From NCBI GenBank assembly GCA_038208115.1, contig JBBQZC010000005.1, positions 667 to 64,666 on the forward strand: 64,000 nt of DNA, in the 5' to 3' direction. This stretch comes from Candidatus Moraniibacteriota bacterium (GTDB taxonomy: Bacteria > Patescibacteriota > Minisyncoccia > Moranbacterales > GCA-2747515). Below, one piece after another: positions 20,222 through 29,700 of the stretch (positions are counted from its first letter, which is position 1; the number at the start of each line of letters is the position of its first letter). A model generated the notes under the pieces. That model searched no databases and was not told the origin of the DNA. It saw only the letters and a program-made list of their open reading frames with translations. Position numbers and translations under genes: made by a program.

Positions 20222-20863
20222 TTATTCTTCAAAAAGAATTGGAAAGGAGAAGCTTCCTGCGTTTTCAGGGAGTCCTGAAGGGTTGCTTTTTTGAAAAATG
20301 ATATCTCCTCCAGTTGATCCATTTATGTCAAATTTTATTTCTGCTTTAAATGGTACATATTCATCTGTCATCGAATCTCCCTGAGCTTGAGCTACACCTT
20401 CACCTAAAACAGAGCCTCCTATATCAACTATTTTGACAGGAAAAGACGCCTCAAAGAACCATGACCCCTTTGCCTCTCCAGTAATTTTTAGTGGACTTTT
20501 TATTGTTGCATTAACAGTTGGAGACATAACACGAATATTTATCCCCTCAGCAACTTTTTGACTATCTATCTCTACCATCTCTTTGTCTGGCATCGCTCTA
20601 CTTTCATTTACTAACTCGCTGTCACCATCTCTTTTACAAGCAATTTCTGGTTTAGAGTCACGTGGGCTACCCTGTGCTATCCATTCACCATCTTTGCACA
20701 CCCATTCATTTTGTCTATTATACCAAAACCAAACGCTGATTAGCACTATTATGAAAATAATTATGAAAATAATTATTTTTTTTAATCTACCATCTTTATC
20801 TTTTTTTACATATTTTACATCTCTTGCATCTCTCATGCCTGTCATGTTTCTCATGTCTCTCAT
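20222..20863 (-). CDS. Gmad2 immunoglobulin-like domain protein with TM anchor
   Basis: W.C..GEW...G.P, SPL.ITGEA.G.WFFEASFPV, NPSGLPE. Confidence 0.8.
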   Translation of the reverse strand: MRDMRNMTGMRDARDVKYVKKDKDGRLKKIIIFIIIFIIVLISVWFWYNRQNEWVCKDGEWIAQGSPRDSKPEIACKRDGDSELVNESRAMPDKEMVEIDSQKVAEGINIRVMSPTVNATIKSPLKITGEAKGSWFFEASFPVKIVDIGGSVLGEGVAQAQGDSMTDEYVPFKAEIKFDINGSTGGDIIFQKSNPSGLPENAGSFSFPILFEE

Positions 20864-21051
20864 ATTATTTTCTTTAAAAATTATAATTACAAATCTCTAT
20901 ATATTATTCTATATATTTACATTTTATCACAACATGTAAAATTTAATCAATTTTTTGAAATTATTTTTTCAAAACTATCATTTTTGATGCAAAAAACCCC
21001 TCGGAATTACAAAATAATTTTTTATTGGTAAGATATTCAGTATTTGAAAAG

Positions 21052-21085
21052 TATTAAAACCGATGAGTACGCATCGGTTTTAATA
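21052..21085 (-). terminator. Terminator hairpin after dnaK
   Basis: tattaaaaccgatg-agtacg-catcggttttaata. Confidence 0.75.
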
Positions 21086-21105
21086 TTAACTACCAAGAAA
21101 TATAG

Positions 21106-23022
21106 TTATTTCTTTTCCCCCTCTTTTGTTGCATCTTCAACTTCTGCTTCTTTGGCACCACCTTCTTCTTTTGATGCTTCTGTTGCAGATTTTTCTTTTG
21201 CTGCGGCCTCTTGTGCTATTTTATATAGTTTTTCACCAATCTTTTGTGCTACCGTTGAAAGATCTTCTGTTGCAGTTTTAATTTTTGCACCATCTGCTTT
21301 TTCATCTTTCAAAACTTCTTTGAGTGCATCAACTTTTTCTTGTACTGGTTTCTTCTCATCCTCAGTAAGTTTATCACCAGCATCTTTCATCGCCTTTTCG
21401 GTTGTAAATACGAGTGTGTCTGCTGCATTGCGAATCTCAATAAGTTCTTTTTTCTTCTTATCTTCTTCCGCGTGTATCTCTGCATCTTTGGTCATACGCT
21501 CAATCTCTTCTTTAGAGAGACCTGATGAACCCTCAATCTTGATTGATTGTTCTTTACCAGAAGCCTTGTCGACCGCTTTGACACTGAGAATACCGTTTGC
21601 ATCAATGTCAAATGCCACCTCTACTTGTGGAACACCACGTGGCGCTGGCGGAATACCGTCAAGAATAAATCGTCCCAATGTTTTATTATCAGATGCCATT
21701 TCACGTTCTCCTTGGAGTACATGGATTTCTACGCTTGGTTGATTATCCATTGCCGTCGAAAAAACCTGAGACTTACTCGCTGGAATTGTAGTATTTTTGT
21801 CGATCAGTGGTGTACGCACACCGCCCATTGTTTCAATGCCAAGCGTGAGTGGAGTCACATCGAGGAGAAGTACATCTTTGACATCCCCCTGAAATACACC
21901 TCCTTGTATTGCTGCACCCATAGCGACAACTTCATCTGGATTGACAGTCATGTTTGGTTTCTTACCAAAAAATTCTTCTACTGTTTTCTGGATAATCGGC
22001 ATACGTGTCATGCCACCTACCAAAATCACTTCATCAATATCACTCTTTGTAAATCCTGCATCTTTTAATGCCTTTGCTGTTGGAATCAACGTTTTTTGGA
22101 CGAGATCATGGACGAGCTCTTCAAGCTTTGCACGAGTCAACGTCATCACAAGATGTTTTGGACCCTCATTACTTGTTGTAATAAATGGCTGATTGATTTC
22201 TGTTTGCTCTGCAGTTGAAAGTTCAATCTTTGCTTTTTCCGCCGCTTCTTTGACGCGTTGCAATGCAAGATTGTCATTCGCCAATTCTATGCCTTCTGCT
22301 TTTTTGAACTCCGTCAAGATCCACTTAATCACGATTTGATCAAAGTCATCCCCACCAAGATGTGTATCCCCATTTGTTGCTTTTACTTCAATCGTATCGT
22401 TACTTACTTCAAGAATCGACACATCAAATGTGCCACCTCCGAGATCATACACTGCAATCTGCTCATCATTTTTCTTATTGAAACCATACGCAAGCGCAGC
22501 TGCTGTTGGTTCATTAATCACACGACGCACTTTGAGCCCTGCAATTTCACCTGCTTCCTTAGTTGCTTTACGTTGTGCATCATCAAAGTATGCTGGTACG
22601 GTAATCACCGCCTCTTCAATCTTTTCGCCGAGCTTTGCCTCTGCATCAGCCTTGAGCTTTCCAAGTACCATCGCGCTGATTTCTTGTGTTGTATAATCTT
22701 TATCGCCCATCTTTACCTTGATACTGCCATTATCAGCTTTCACAAGAGTATATGGAGACAATTTCATATCTGCTTGTACTTCAGCATCATCAAAATGACG
22801 TCCTATGAAACGCTTGATACTATAAAGCGTATTTATCGGATTTGTAACTGCTTGACGCTTCGCCAACAAGCCTACGAGTCGCTCGCTATTTTTATTCACA
22901 GCAATCATCGATGGAGTCGTGCGATTTCCTTCCTTGTTTTCGATAATCTCTGGTTTACCACCTTCAATGATTGCCATTGCTGAGTTGGTAGTACCAAGAT
23001 CAATACCCAATATTTTTCCCAT
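21106..23022 (-). CDS. dnaK: Chaperone DnaK
   Basis: [32 protein letters not shown]. Confidence 0.98.
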   Translation of the reverse strand: MGKILGIDLGTTNSAMAIIEGGKPEIIENKEGNRTTPSMIAVNKNSERLVGLLAKRQAVTNPINTLYSIKRFIGRHFDDAEVQADMKLSPYTLVKADNGSIKVKMGDKDYTTQEISAMVLGKLKADAEAKLGEKIEEAVITVPAYFDDAQRKATKEAGEIAGLKVRRVINEPTAAALAYGFNKKNDEQIAVYDLGGGTFDVSILEVSNDTIEVKATNGDTHLGGDDFDQIVIKWILTEFKKAEGIELANDNLALQRVKEAAEKAKIELSTAEQTEINQPFITTSNEGPKHLVMTLTRAKLEELVHDLVQKTLIPTAKALKDAGFTKSDIDEVILVGGMTRMPIIQKTVEEFFGKKPNMTVNPDEVVAMGAAIQGGVFQGDVKDVLLLDVTPLTLGIETMGGVRTPLIDKNTTIPASKSQVFSTAMDNQPSVEIHVLQGEREMASDNKTLGRFILDGIPPAPRGVPQVEVAFDIDANGILSVKAVDKASGKEQSIKIEGSSGLSKEEIERMTKDAEIHAEEDKKKKELIEIRNAADTLVFTTEKAMKDAGDKLTEDEKKPVQEKVDALKEVLKDEKADGAKIKTATEDLSTVAQKIGEKLYKIAQEAAAKEKSATEASKEEGGAKEAEVEDATKEGEKK

Positions 23023-23132
23023 ATATTATTTTATTAATTAGTTACTTGATAAAGATAATAATTCAATTCTATTATCATCTTCTCCTTCTCCTCTTCCACA
23101 AAATTATGAAAGAGGATAGGATTAGATGATAG

Positions 23133-23552
23133 CTATTTACCTTTGATGCTTACAGAGATCTTCTTTGGCTTTGATTCTTCTGCCTTTGGCAAAACCACTC
23201 GCAAAACACCTTTTTCATATTCAGCATTCGCTTCAGATCCTTTTACTGCTACAGGTAATATTACCGAGCGAGAAAATGACCCATGACGAATTTCTTTACG
23301 ATAATAGTCCTCCTTCTTTATCTCTTTTTTTTCTGTCACTTCACCAGAAATCGTCAACACATCATTCTCAACTGCGATATTGATTTTTTCAGGATCTATT
23401 CCGGGTAATGATGTTTCGATGATAAGATCATCATTGTCCTGATAAACATCAATTGCTGGTGCAAAATTTTGATTTGCAAACGGGAAGAAATTTTCACCAA
23501 AAAAACGATCAATATCCGTAGCTGGCGTAAAACGCATAATTTCTCGTGTCAT
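23133..23552 (-). CDS. Hsp20/alpha-crystallin small heat-shock protein
   Basis: PAIDVY, LPG, GSFSRSVILP, A.YEKGVL. Confidence 0.92.
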   Translation of the reverse strand: MTREIMRFTPATDIDRFFGENFFPFANQNFAPAIDVYQDNDDLIIETSLPGIDPEKINIAVENDVLTISGEVTEKKEIKKEDYYRKEIRHGSFSRSVILPVAVKGSEANAEYEKGVLRVVLPKAEESKPKKISVSIKGK

Positions 23553-23588
23553 AATGTGTTCACCCCCCTTCTAGATAATTACTATTTA

Positions 23589-24440
23589 CTACCCCAACAC
23601 CACGCGTGCTGGTCGCAATATTTTTGCTCCAATCTTATATCCGGGTTGCGCAATTTTTTCAATTTTTAAATCCTCTTTCAATTTTTCATCACCATCTTTT
23701 TTAATTGCCTCCATCGTATGTGGATTAAATTCATCTCCAATATTGATTTCGATTTTCACCACACCATGCTCTTCAAGCACTTTTTCCATTTGTTGTTGTA
23801 TATACATAATACCCGTCACCCATGGATTATCTTTCGCATCTTCTGGTATATGATCAGTCGCTGCATGAAAATTATCCAATACTGGCAGTATATCGCTGAT
23901 AACACCTCCTGCTGCGTACGCGACAAATTCCTTCTGATTTTCACTTTGTCGTTTTTTATAATTGTCAAAGTCAGCCAATGTGCGCTTCCAACCATCATAT
24001 GCCCCTATAAGTTCAAGCTGCCCTTCTGCTTTTCGAATTGCATCTTTGACCCACTGATCAATCTTTTTATTTTTCAAAATATCTTCAGCAGACACCCACT
24101 TACATTCACTATGTTCATTACTTAAAACAATTTCTCCACTCTCATACATCACTAAATATGACATAATCACACCATATAATTCATCATGATATGGAACACA
24201 CACCCCACTCAAAGGACCAATCACACGATAAGTAACATCCCCCAACTCTTCTGCAACCTCTCGCGCAAATGACTCTTCTAGATTTTCATCAGCATCTACA
24301 CGACCTCCGGCAAATTGCCATGCACCTTTCTCAATTTTTAATGTATTTTCTTTTACGAGAAGATACTTTTTTTGGTGAGGATCATACAAAACTGCTCGCT
24401 GAGAATAATACATCTGTGCATTCTTTTTTATATCTTTCAT
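23589..24440 (-). CDS. grpE: Nudix hydrolase-GrpE fusion
   Basis: N-half Nudix box GGRVDADENLEESFAREVAEELG; C-half GrpE motifs R.LADFDNYKKR, ILPVLDNF, FNPH.MEA, GY.IG.KILRPARV. Confidence 0.88.
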   Translation of the reverse strand: MKDIKKNAQMYYSQRAVLYDPHQKKYLLVKENTLKIEKGAWQFAGGRVDADENLEESFAREVAEELGDVTYRVIGPLSGVCVPYHDELYGVIMSYLVMYESGEIVLSNEHSECKWVSAEDILKNKKIDQWVKDAIRKAEGQLELIGAYDGWKRTLADFDNYKKRQSENQKEFVAYAAGGVISDILPVLDNFHAATDHIPEDAKDNPWVTGIMYIQQQMEKVLEEHGVVKIEINIGDEFNPHTMEAIKKDGDEKLKEDLKIEKIAQPGYKIGAKILRPARVVLG

Positions 24441-24460
24441 GATTTTTTTATTTAATGAAT

Positions 24461-25195
24461 TTATATAATAATACATATAACCACACTCATGCCACCAAGA
24501 AATTTTTTGACATAATTTATAAGTGACTTATTACGCTCATATGCCATATTCTTCGGACCGATCAGAGCTACAATCCCCTTCTCCCCATCTTTTTCATATT
24601 GACTGACGACCATAGAATAATTTGTTGCTTTTCCAATTGGATTATCTGCCCCAATAAAAATCTTAGTCTCACCATCTGCTAACTCCAACATCAATCCTTC
24701 ACATCGTTCATCAATATAATCCAAGCTCTCTGCCAATTGACATAATTCATCCAAATCTTCTGCTTCCACATCACGCAAAAGTGAACGTAGACCAAATTCA
24801 GAAAAATCATTTTTTTGTGGAAGGCCACTCACTGCTACATAACCACTGAGAGTAGATAATAACTTTGCAGTTGTACGTGTGAGCCGTGTGTTTTGCGCCT
24901 TGAGTTGCAATAATTCTTTTTGTAATGTTTGTTGTTCTTTTTTTGAAAGTTCTCGATCTGGCATGATTTCCTCTACAAAATGACGATATCCCGCATCTGT
25001 CGGGATGCGCCCTGCACTTGTATGTGGCTGATACAGATATCCTGAATCCTCAAGATGTCCCATATCATTACGCAGCGTTGCTGGTGATACCTGAAAACCA
25101 TATTTATCCACCAATATCGAAGATCCTACAGGAAGACCTGTTTTTGTGTATTCTTCGATCACTGCAACTAAAATTTTTGACTGTCGTTCATTCAT
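24461..25195 (-). CDS. hrcA: Heat-inducible transcription repressor HrcA, short form
   Basis: PVGS, SPATLRNDM..LE..GYL.QPHTSAGRIPTD.GYR, IGP..M.Y. Confidence 0.93.
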   Translation of the reverse strand: MNERQSKILVAVIEEYTKTGLPVGSSILVDKYGFQVSPATLRNDMGHLEDSGYLYQPHTSAGRIPTDAGYRHFVEEIMPDRELSKKEQQTLQKELLQLKAQNTRLTRTTAKLLSTLSGYVAVSGLPQKNDFSEFGLRSLLRDVEAEDLDELCQLAESLDYIDERCEGLMLELADGETKIFIGADNPIGKATNYSMVVSQYEKDGEKGIVALIGPKNMAYERNKSLINYVKKFLGGMSVVICIII

Positions 25196-25201
25196 GTTCT
25201 T

Positions 25202-25241
25202 ATTATAAATATGATTAGCACTCTTGTCAAGAGAGTGCTAA
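25202..25241 (-). promoter_or_regulatory. Perfect CIRCE (25215-25241) overlapping a consensus sigma70 promoter
   Basis: TTAGCACTC-ttgtcaaga-GAGTGCTAA; on the minus strand TTGACA (25230-25225)-17 nt-TATAAT (25207-25202). Confidence 0.95.
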
Positions 25242-25256
25242 TTACACCAGAAAAAG

Positions 25257-25290
25257 AAAACTAGATACGATCACAGTCGTATCCAGTTTT
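25257..25290 (-). terminator. Terminator upstream of the hrcA promoter
   Basis: Minus strand aaaactggatacga-ctgtga-tcgtatctagtttt then ctttttc. Confidence 0.7.
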
Positions 25291-25295
25291 GTAAA

Positions 25296-25703
25296 TTATG
25301 ATGCCGTCATCCTGGCACATTGCTCACGATGAGCGATTCGATGTACATTTTTCACTTCTTGTATAGTGGAATTTTTTTGTGCAACAAATTCTTCTGAAAG
25401 ATACTGTGCGCAAAAATGTCCATTTCTTTGAATCCATACGCGAAGCTTCCGTCTGATGCCTTGTGCGATAATAGGAATAATGATTTCTTTACAATTGCCT
25501 GTAAGTACGATTATATTCACTGATAATCCCGCATCTTTACAGTCAACTCCCAGTCCATCACACGCACTTCGCCATGATTCTATTGGCACGCCCATGATGA
25601 TGTATTTTTTTGCAATTGGAGCACCTCGCCAGTTTTGATAATGTTGACAGTGTCCAATAATTTTCTGGAAATTGATCCGTGTTGTTGCTGGAACTTTCCT
25701 CAT
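25296..25703 (-). CDS. Hypothetical protein
   Basis: AAGGAG upstream of ATG 25703 (MRKVP); terminator downstream. Confidence 0.55.
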   Translation of the reverse strand: MRKVPATTRINFQKIIGHCQHYQNWRGAPIAKKYIIMGVPIESWRSACDGLGVDCKDAGLSVNIIVLTGNCKEIIIPIIAQGIRRKLRVWIQRNGHFCAQYLSEEFVAQKNSTIQEVKNVHRIAHREQCARMTAS

Positions 25704-25727
25704 ACAGTTCTCCTTGGTCAAGTGAAT

Positions 25728-26018
25728 TTAGTTAATCTTATGTTTATCAATAATACTCTTTGCTAAACGAAAAACTACTTCTCGATCTTTATGACCTGCC
25801 GGCAAACGTCGAGCATCACCAACTTTTTGAACAAGACCTTCTGCCTCTACATCTTTAGCAAGCTCTTGAAAATCAACAATTGGTCTATATCCGGAACCAT
25901 ACTTCTCAAAATACCATAATAAATACCGCACACTCGGATTTGGAAAACCGAGATTTTTCACCAATCGCAAAGCACCTGTTTTGGTAAGAACTTCCATATC
26001 TCCTTGAATCATGACCAT
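25728..26018 (-). CDS. Hypothetical protein
   Basis: AGGAGG 9 nt upstream of ATG 26018 (MVMIQG). Confidence 0.6.
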   Translation of the reverse strand: MVMIQGDMEVLTKTGALRLVKNLGFPNPSVRYLLWYFEKYGSGYRPIVDFQELAKDVEAEGLVQKVGDARRLPAGHKDREVVFRLAKSIIDKHKIN

Positions 26019-26120
26019 AAAATACAACCTCCTACGGTGTAAATCGCCAACCTCCCCACGAGACCAGCTTATCTTCTTGCACTCTTATGCACAAAGACAA
26101 ACTGACCTCTCTAAAATATT

Positions 26121-26354
26121 TTATGGTACAGGATCATAACCGCCATCTTGCCACGGATGGCATCTACCAATCCTTTTTACACCCATCCACATTCCGCGTA
26201 ATATACCATACCGCACTATTGCAGTATATGCATATGTGGAACACGTCGGATGAAATCGACATAGCCTCTCTCCATAAATTGAAGCTAACGGACCATGATC
26301 AAGCGATAGTGTTTTTTGATAAAGAGTGATAAGTTTTAAAATAACTTTTTTCAT
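26121..26354 (-). CDS. yidD: Membrane protein insertion efficiency factor YidD
   Basis: CRFHPTCSTY, RI.RCHPW..GGYDPVP. Confidence 0.95.
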   Translation of the reverse strand: MKKVILKLITLYQKTLSLDHGPLASIYGERLCRFHPTCSTYAYTAIVRYGILRGMWMGVKRIGRCHPWQDGGYDPVP

Positions 26355-26481
26355 TTATTATTTATTTAATGATTTCTCTCACTAGCACAAATGATTTAAA
26401 ATTATATGACAAAAAAACCATTTTGTCAAAACGATATTTTTCTGCTATTATATATAATGAAAAAACAAAATAACAATATAT

Positions 26482-27393
26482 ATGAATATAGTAAAGCATG
26501 AGGATGTTACATGGATTGATATCGAAAATCCATCCAAACACAATATCGAATACATCCGTGAAAATTTTAACGTTCACCCGCTCGCAATAGAAGAATTTAT
26601 CACACCGACTTATCGAGCTCGTGCAACAAAATACAGTAATTGTCTTTTTCTCACAATTCACATTCCTCTTTTTGATACACTGAAGCGGACAACATACGCC
26701 GGTGAGATTGACATACTTCTTACCAAAACACATTTAATCACAGGTCACAAAAAAGATATATATCAATTACGTGCTTTCTTTGAGGATCTACAAAAGAGCG
26801 AAGGCAAACGTCGTACTTTCATGATTCACTCCACAGCGCATCTTCTTTATGAAGTCTTTCGCATTTTGACAGAATCTTGCTTTCCGCGACTCGACCACGT
26901 CATACGCCATATTGATGAAGTTCAGGAAGGCATCTTCAATGGAAATGAGCGCGCAATGGTACGAGAAATAAGTATTATTAAGAGAGATATTCTTAACTTT
27001 CGTAGGACATTGATGCCACAAAGATCTATCATTGAATCGATCATATCTCAACCGAATGGCGTTGTACCAACTGACATAAAGATTTATTATCAAGACCTCA
27101 TCGGCACAAATATCAGATTATGGAATGACCTTGAAAGTGTTAAAGAAACAATTATTTCACTCGAAAAAACCAATAATTCCCTACTTTCAGAAAAGATCAA
27201 CCATCGCATGCGCATCATCACAGTATTTTCGGTTTTATGGATTCCTATTACTGTATACATCAATTTTTTTGGAATCAATTTTACAGAATCCCCTCTCAGA
27301 GACAATCCCATATCAATGCTGATGCATTTTTGTACCATCATTATTATATCTATCATTACATTTGCAATCTTTAAAATCGCCAAATGGATTTGA
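26482..27393 (+). CDS. CorA/ZntB-family divalent cation transporter
   Basis: WIDIENP, HPLAIEE, two C-terminal TMs with FFGINF loop. Confidence 0.85.
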   Translation: MNIVKHEDVTWIDIENPSKHNIEYIRENFNVHPLAIEEFITPTYRARATKYSNCLFLTIHIPLFDTLKRTTYAGEIDILLTKTHLITGHKKDIYQLRAFFEDLQKSEGKRRTFMIHSTAHLLYEVFRILTESCFPRLDHVIRHIDEVQEGIFNGNERAMVREISIIKRDILNFRRTLMPQRSIIESIISQPNGVVPTDIKIYYQDLIGTNIRLWNDLESVKETIISLEKTNNSLLSEKINHRMRIITVFSVLWIPITVYINFFGINFTESPLRDNPISMLMHFCTIIIISIITFAIFKIAKWI

Positions 27394-27460
27394 TTGCATC
27401 AATATGGCAAAAAACATTCTCTTGTGTTACAGTTTCCTTAGATTATTGTAATACATTTTT

Positions 27461-28888
27461 ATGTTAAAACTATATAATACGCTCACAAAACAAAAAGAAG
27501 AGTTCACACCTATCAATCCAGGAAAGGTTAGTATGTATACATGTGGACCAACAGTATATAGCTATATTCATATCGGCAACTTGCGTGCATATAGCAATGC
27601 TGACTTATTGCGGAGATATCTAGAATATTCTGGTTACGAAGTACGTATGATCAAGAACATTACAGATGTGGGTCATCTTACAGATGACGATGTTGCACAA
27701 GGAGATAGCGGTGATGACAAAATGGAAAAAGCCGCAAAAAAAGAACATAAAACGCCAGAAGAAATCGCACGATTTTATGAAAATTATGCGAAAGAAGTTG
27801 AAAATGACATGAATATCCTTCCTGCACACTTCTTTCCGCGAGCGACAGAGCATGTGCCACAAATGATTGCGATCATTTCTACACTAATTGAAAAAAATTA
27901 TGCCTACCAAAAAAATGGTAATGTTTTTTTTGATGTAGAAAAATTTGCTGATTATGGAAAATTATCTGGTAACTCAGTAGAAAAATTGAACATCGGCGCA
28001 CGTCTCGATGATCCCCATCCAGATAAAAAAAACCAATGGGATTTCGCATTGTGGCTCAAAGCACCGGAAAACCACATTATGAAATGGCCTTCTCCTTGGT
28101 CTGTGGGATATCCAGGATGGCATATCGAATGTTCTGCAATGAGCATGGAATATCTTGGTGCGACTTTTGATATACACACAGGCGGTGAAGACAATATTTT
28201 TCCTCATCATGAAGCAGAAATTGCACAATCCGAATGTGCCAATGATGTAAAGTTCGTCAATTACTGGATTCACAGTCGACATCTTTTGGTAGATGGCGCA
28301 AAAATGAGCAAATCTAAAGGAAATTTCTATAGAATTGATGATATAAAGCTACACGGATTTACCCCTAAAGATCTGCGCATGGCATTTCTCCTTTCGCATT
28401 ATCGCACGCAGATGAATTTTACATGGGACGTGATCACGCAAGCACAAAAAAATCTACAAACACTTACAACACTTCTTACAAGAATAAAAGCTCACGTATT
28501 AAACCCACACGCAGAAAATCACACGATCAAAATTGCACAGTATTACACTAATTTTGATACTGCGATGGATGATGATCTCAATTCTCCTCTCGCGGTCAGC
28601 ATATTATTATCATTCGCAACTGAGGTCAACTCACTGATGGACAAGGGGTTATCTCTTAACACTACGGAAATCAAAGAATTTATAGAAAAAACGACACATG
28701 CGCTTGGTATTACTATTACAACCAATCAATACCAAATTCCAGACGACATAACTCAATTGTCTCTTGAGCGAAAGATCGCTCGAGACAATAAGGATTTTGC
28801 AAAATCAGATGCAATACGAGACTTAATTTTTGCAAAAGGCTATATAATCAAAGATACCTCTGACGGCTGCACAATTCAAAAAATATAG
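27461..28888 (+). CDS. cysS: Cysteine--tRNA ligase
   Basis: CGPTVY, HIGN, GWHIECS, FPHHE, KMSKS. Confidence 0.97.
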   Translation: MLKLYNTLTKQKEEFTPINPGKVSMYTCGPTVYSYIHIGNLRAYSNADLLRRYLEYSGYEVRMIKNITDVGHLTDDDVAQGDSGDDKMEKAAKKEHKTPEEIARFYENYAKEVENDMNILPAHFFPRATEHVPQMIAIISTLIEKNYAYQKNGNVFFDVEKFADYGKLSGNSVEKLNIGARLDDPHPDKKNQWDFALWLKAPENHIMKWPSPWSVGYPGWHIECSAMSMEYLGATFDIHTGGEDNIFPHHEAEIAQSECANDVKFVNYWIHSRHLLVDGAKMSKSKGNFYRIDDIKLHGFTPKDLRMAFLLSHYRTQMNFTWDVITQAQKNLQTLTTLLTRIKAHVLNPHAENHTIKIAQYYTNFDTAMDDDLNSPLAVSILLSFATEVNSLMDKGLSLNTTEIKEFIEKTTHALGITITTNQYQIPDDITQLSLERKIARDNKDFAKSDAIRDLIFAKGYIIKDTSDGCTIQKI

Positions 28889-28907
28889 CTATCATTTCTA
28901 AAAAATG

Positions 28908-28935
28908 ATCCTGCGCACGATTTCGTGTGCAGGAT
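28908..28935. terminator. Hairpin terminator between convergent cysS and acpP
   Basis: atcctgcgcacga-tt-tcgtgtgcaggat followed by ttttt. Confidence 0.8.
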
Positions 28936-28950
28936 TTTTTAGGGTGCTTT

Positions 28951-29184
28951 CTATACCTTTTTTTTGATGTAATCAATTACATCTTTAACCGTATCAAGTC
29001 CCTCTGCGTCCTCATCAGGAATCTCGATGCCAAAATTTTCTTCAAGCGCCATAATAAGTTCAACAAGATCCAAAGAATCTGCACCAAGATCATCTACAAA
29101 TGTCGCTTCTGGAACTACCTTGTCCCGATCAACAGATAACTGCTCAACAATTACATCAATCAGTTTTTCCAACTCAAATGTCAT
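28951..29184 (-). CDS. acpP: Acyl carrier protein
   Basis: [18 protein letters not shown]; GGGAGG SD. Confidence 0.95.
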   Translation of the reverse strand: MTFELEKLIDVIVEQLSVDRDKVVPEATFVDDLGADSLDLVELIMALEENFGIEIPDEDAEGLDTVKDVIDYIKKKV

Positions 29185-29338
29185 GACATCCTCCCAAATG
29201 ATTTGTTTTTTACATCAACTACTTATTTACTACTGCAAAATACTACACATCAAATTCTTCTAATTTACAAATAATATTTTGTGTCAAAAAGAGCACATTT
29301 AAAAAATGTACTCATTCAAAAATATTTTTTTTAAAATT

Positions 29339-29587
29339 TCAATCGTTATAACCACTTATTTTGATGATCTGCACAGGACATGCGTCAGCAGCTTCTTTGT
29401 TGACATCCAGTGCATCTTCATCAATCTCACCCACCATGAATTCATCGTTTTTCCACTCTGCACCAGCAAGCATTGCCTTACCATCTTCAGCACTCATCGA
29501 CCAGTGTTCTGGTGCCGCCATCGTGCATGCACCACATCCGATACAATCATTTCTCTTGTGACTAACTGCTATTTTATTTATTCCCAT
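29339..29587 (-). CDS. Single-cluster ferredoxin
   Basis: CIGCGAC ... AADACP. Confidence 0.88.
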   Translation of the reverse strand: MGINKIAVSHKRNDCIGCGACTMAAPEHWSMSAEDGKAMLAGAEWKNDEFMVGEIDEDALDVNKEAADACPVQIIKISGYND

Positions 29588-29700
29588 ATTATGAAAATTA
29601 ATTATTTACATTGTAATTTACTATATTATCACATTATCACCTCAACATTGCAAGAGCTATTTGCATCCTTATAATATATAAATTACAAATTACTGATTCG

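Noticed and set aside
20815-20863. 9-nt repeats giving MRDMRNMTGMRDARD
   Set aside because: Short low-complexity N-terminus with alternative starts and no evident function
21044-22983. Plus-strand ORFs overlapping dnaK
   Set aside because: Antisense shadows of a conserved gene; the same applies to short ORFs opposite ribosomal genes, copA, dus and recG
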